Positions 61,001 through 64,000 of a DNA stretch of 64,000 nucleotides are shown here, piece by piece. Source of the stretch: Eledone cirrhosa (lineage: Eukaryota). The notes under the pieces were generated by a model, which did not search any database, was not told the origin of the DNA, and saw only the letters and a list, made by a program, of their open reading frames with translations. Every line of letters starts with the position of its first letter. The stretch's first letter is position 1. The position numbers were made by a program, and so were the translations under genes. Location: NCBI GenBank assembly GCA_964016885.1, contig OZ024742.1, positions 4,340,001-4,404,000 of the forward strand, read 5' to 3'.

Positions 61001-64000
61001 ATTGGTCCAGTGTAAGGCCTTTCTTGTCACTGTTGGTCAGAGTGTGGGATTGCTCCAGTGTAAGGCCTTTCTTGTCACTGTTGGTCAGAGAATGTAATTG
61101 GTCCAGTGTAAGGACTTTCTTGTCACTTTTGGTAAGAAAGTGGATTGGTCCAGTGTAAGGCCTTTCTTGTCACTTTGGTCAGAAAGTGGTATTGGTCCAG
61201 TGTAAGGCCTTTCATATGACTGTTGGTCAGAGATTGGGACTGGTCCAGTGTAAGGCCTTGTAACTGTTGGTCAGATAGTGTAATTGGTCCAGTGTAAGGC
61301 CTTTCTTGTCACTGTTGGTCAGAGAATGAGATTGGGCCAGTGTTAAGGCCTTGTCACTGTTGATCAGATAAGTGGGATTGGTCCAGTGTAAGGCCTTGTT
61401 ACTGTTGGTCAGATAGTGGGATTTGTCCTGTGTAAGACCTTTCTTGTTACTGTTGGTCAGATAATGGGATTGGTCCAGTGTAAGGCCTTTCTTGTCACTG
61501 TTGGTCAGAGAATGGGATTGGTCCAGTGTAAGGCCTATCTTGTCACTGTTGGTCAGAGAATGGGATTGGTCCAGTGTAAGGCCTTTCTTGTCACTGTTGG
61601 TCAGAGAATGGGATTGGAGCATATTAAGGCATTGTCACTGTTGGTCATAGTGTGATTGGTCCAATGTAAGGCCTTGTCACATTTGGTCAGAGAATGGGAT
61701 TGGTTCACTGTTATGTCCTTCTCATTGTTGGTCAGAGAGTTGGATTGGTCCAGTGTAAGACCTTTCTTGTCACTGTTGGTCAGAGAATGGTATTGGTCCA
61801 GTGTAAGGTCTTTCTTTTCATTGTTGGTATGACAGTGGATTGGTCCAGTGTAAGGCCTTTCTTGTCACTGTTGGTCAGAGAGTAGGATTGGTCCATTGTA
61901 AGGCCTTTCTTATCACTGTTGGTCAGAGAATCTGATTGGTCCAGTGTAAGGCCTTTCTTGTCACATTGGTCAGAGAGTGGTATTGGTCCAGTATAAGTCC
62001 TTTCTTGTCACTGTTGGTCAGAGAATGGGACTGGTCCAGTGTAAGGCATTGTCACTGTTGGTCAGATAGTGGGATTGGTCCAGTCTAAGGCCTTTCTTGT
62101 CACTGTTGATCAAAGATTGGGATTGGTTCAGTTTCAGGCCTTTCTTGTCACTGTTGGCCAAAGAATGGGATTGGTCCAGTGTAAAGCCTTTCCTGTCACT
62201 GTTGGTCAAAGAATGAGATTGGCTCAGTGTTAAGGCCTTGTCACTGTTGATCAGATAAGTGGGATTGGTCCCGTGTAAGGCCTTGTTACTGTTGATCAGA
62301 GAGTGGGATTTGTCCTGTGTAAAACCTTTCTTGTTACTGTTGGTCAGATAATGGGATTGGTCCAGTGTAAGGCCTTTCTTGTCACTGTTGGTCAGAGAAT
62401 GGGATTGGTCCAGTGTAAGGCCTTTCTTGTCACTGTTGGTCAGAGAATGGGATTGGTCCAGTGTAAGGCCTTTCTTGTCACTGTTGGTCAGAGAATGGGA
62501 TTGGAGCATATTAAGGCCTTGTCACTGTTGGTAAGAGAATCGGATTTGCCCAGTGTAAGGCCTTGTCACTGTTGATCATAGTGGGATTGGTCCAATGTAA
62601 GGCCTTTCTTGTCACTGTTGGTCAGAGAATGGTATTGGTCCAGTGTAAGGCCTTTCTTGTCACTGTTGGTCAGAGAGTGGGATTGGTCCAGTGAAAGTCC
62701 TTTCTTGTCACTGTTGGTCAGAGAGTGGGAGAGGTCCAGTGTATGGTCTTTCTTGTTACTGTTGCGCAGAGAATGGGAATGGTCCAGTGTAAGGCATTTT
62801 CACTGTTGGTCAGAGAGTGTGATTGGTCCAGTGTAAGGCCTTTCTTGTCACTCTTGGTCAGAGAGTGGAATTGGTCCAGTGTAAGGCCTTTCTTGTCACT
62901 GTTGGTCAGAGAGTGGGATTGGTCCAGTGTAAGGCCTTTCTTGTCACTTTTGGTAAGAAAGTGGATTGGGCCAGTGTAAGGCCTTTCTTGTCTCTTTGGT
63001 CAGAGAGTGGGATTGGTCCAGTGCAAGGCCTTATCACTGTTGGTCAGAGAGTGGGATTGGTCCAGTGTAAGTCCTTGCTTGTCAATGCTGGTCAGAAAGT
63101 GGGATTGGTCCAGTGTAAGGCCTTTCATGTCACTATTGGTCAGACAGTGTGATTGGTCCAGTGTAAGGCCTTTCTTGTCACATTTGGTCAGAGTGTGGGA
63201 TTGGTCCAGTGTAAGGCCTTTCTTGTCACTGTTGGTCAGAGAATGTAATTGGTCCAGTGTAAGGACTTTCTTGTCACTTTTGGTAAGAAAGTGGATTGGT
63301 CCAGTGTAAAGCCTTTCTTGTCACTTTGGTCAGAGAGTGGTATTGGTCCAGTGTAAGGCCTTTCATATGACTGTTGGTCAGAGATTGGGACTGGTCCAGT
63401 GTAAGGCCTTGTAACTGTTGGTCAGATAGTGTAATTGGTCCAGTGTAAGGCCTTTCTTGTCACTGTTGGTCAGAGAATGAGATTGGGCCAGTGTTAAGGC
63501 CTTGTCACTGTTGATCAGATAAGTGGGATTGGTCCAGTGTAAGGCCTTGTTACTGTTGGTTAGAGAGTGGGATGTGTCCTGCGTAAGACCTTTCTTGCTA
63601 CTGTTGGTCAGATAATGGGATTGGTCCAGTGTAAGGCCTTTCTTGTGACTGTTGGTCAGAGAATGGGATTGGTCCAGTGTAAGGCCTATCTTGTCACTGT
63701 TGGTCAGAGAATGGGATTGGTCCAGTGTAAGGCCTTTCTTGTCACTGTTGGTCAGAGAATGGGATTGGAGCATATTAAGGCATTGTCACTGTTGGTCATA
63801 GTGTGATTGGTCCAATGTAAGGCCTTGTCACATTTGGTCAGAGAATGGGATTGGTTCACTGTTATGTCCTTCTCATTGTTGGTCAGAGAGTTGGATTGGT
63901 CCAGTGTAAGACCTTTCTTGTCACTGTTGGTCAGAGAATGGTATTGGTCCAGTGTAAGGTCTTTCTTTTCATTCTTGGTATGACAGTGGATTGGTCCAGT
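40066..64000. repeat. Satellite, diverged 44/48-bp layer with kb-scale higher-order repeats; continues past the window end
   Basis: Mixed 42-48-bp monomers with many substitutions and recurring ordered variant series. Confidence 0.97.

Noticed and set aside
18190-64000. CRISPR array or repeat-protein gene (many GLVQCK/SLLVREWDWSSVRP ORFs)
   Set aside because: No unique spacers and no cas genes. Monomers are wholly repeated, the 44-bp unit shifts frame, and ORFs overlap in several frames with scattered stops.

Overview
AT-rich, microsatellite-dense eukaryotic genomic DNA; the SINE motifs and repeat landscape suggest a coleoid cephalopod such as Octopus (inference, no search run). The one credible coding region is the first coding exon (7919-8405, minus strand) of a class C GPCR/metabotropic glutamate receptor. 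It has GIQALE where canonical receptors have GIQR(L/V)E, as in the divergent mXR/mangetout-type receptors. The presumed downstream intron (1-7918) holds short retroelement remnants inserted in (TA)n runs. Several are fold-back palindromes, and four unrelated families carry type I hammerhead ribozyme motifs of the Penelope-like-element kind, three of them with a U3:A8 core. From about 18190 to the window end lies a 44/48-bp satellite with a homogeneous 44-bp layer, a diverged 44/48-bp layer, and 2.2-kb and 7.5-kb higher-order duplications. The array starts inside a second copy of an RTE-like retroelement 5' region, and the first copy about 450 bp upstream retains a single 48-bp progenitor of the monomer (37/48 identical, gapless). 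The other listed ORFs appear to be repeat artefacts or lack recognisable motifs.
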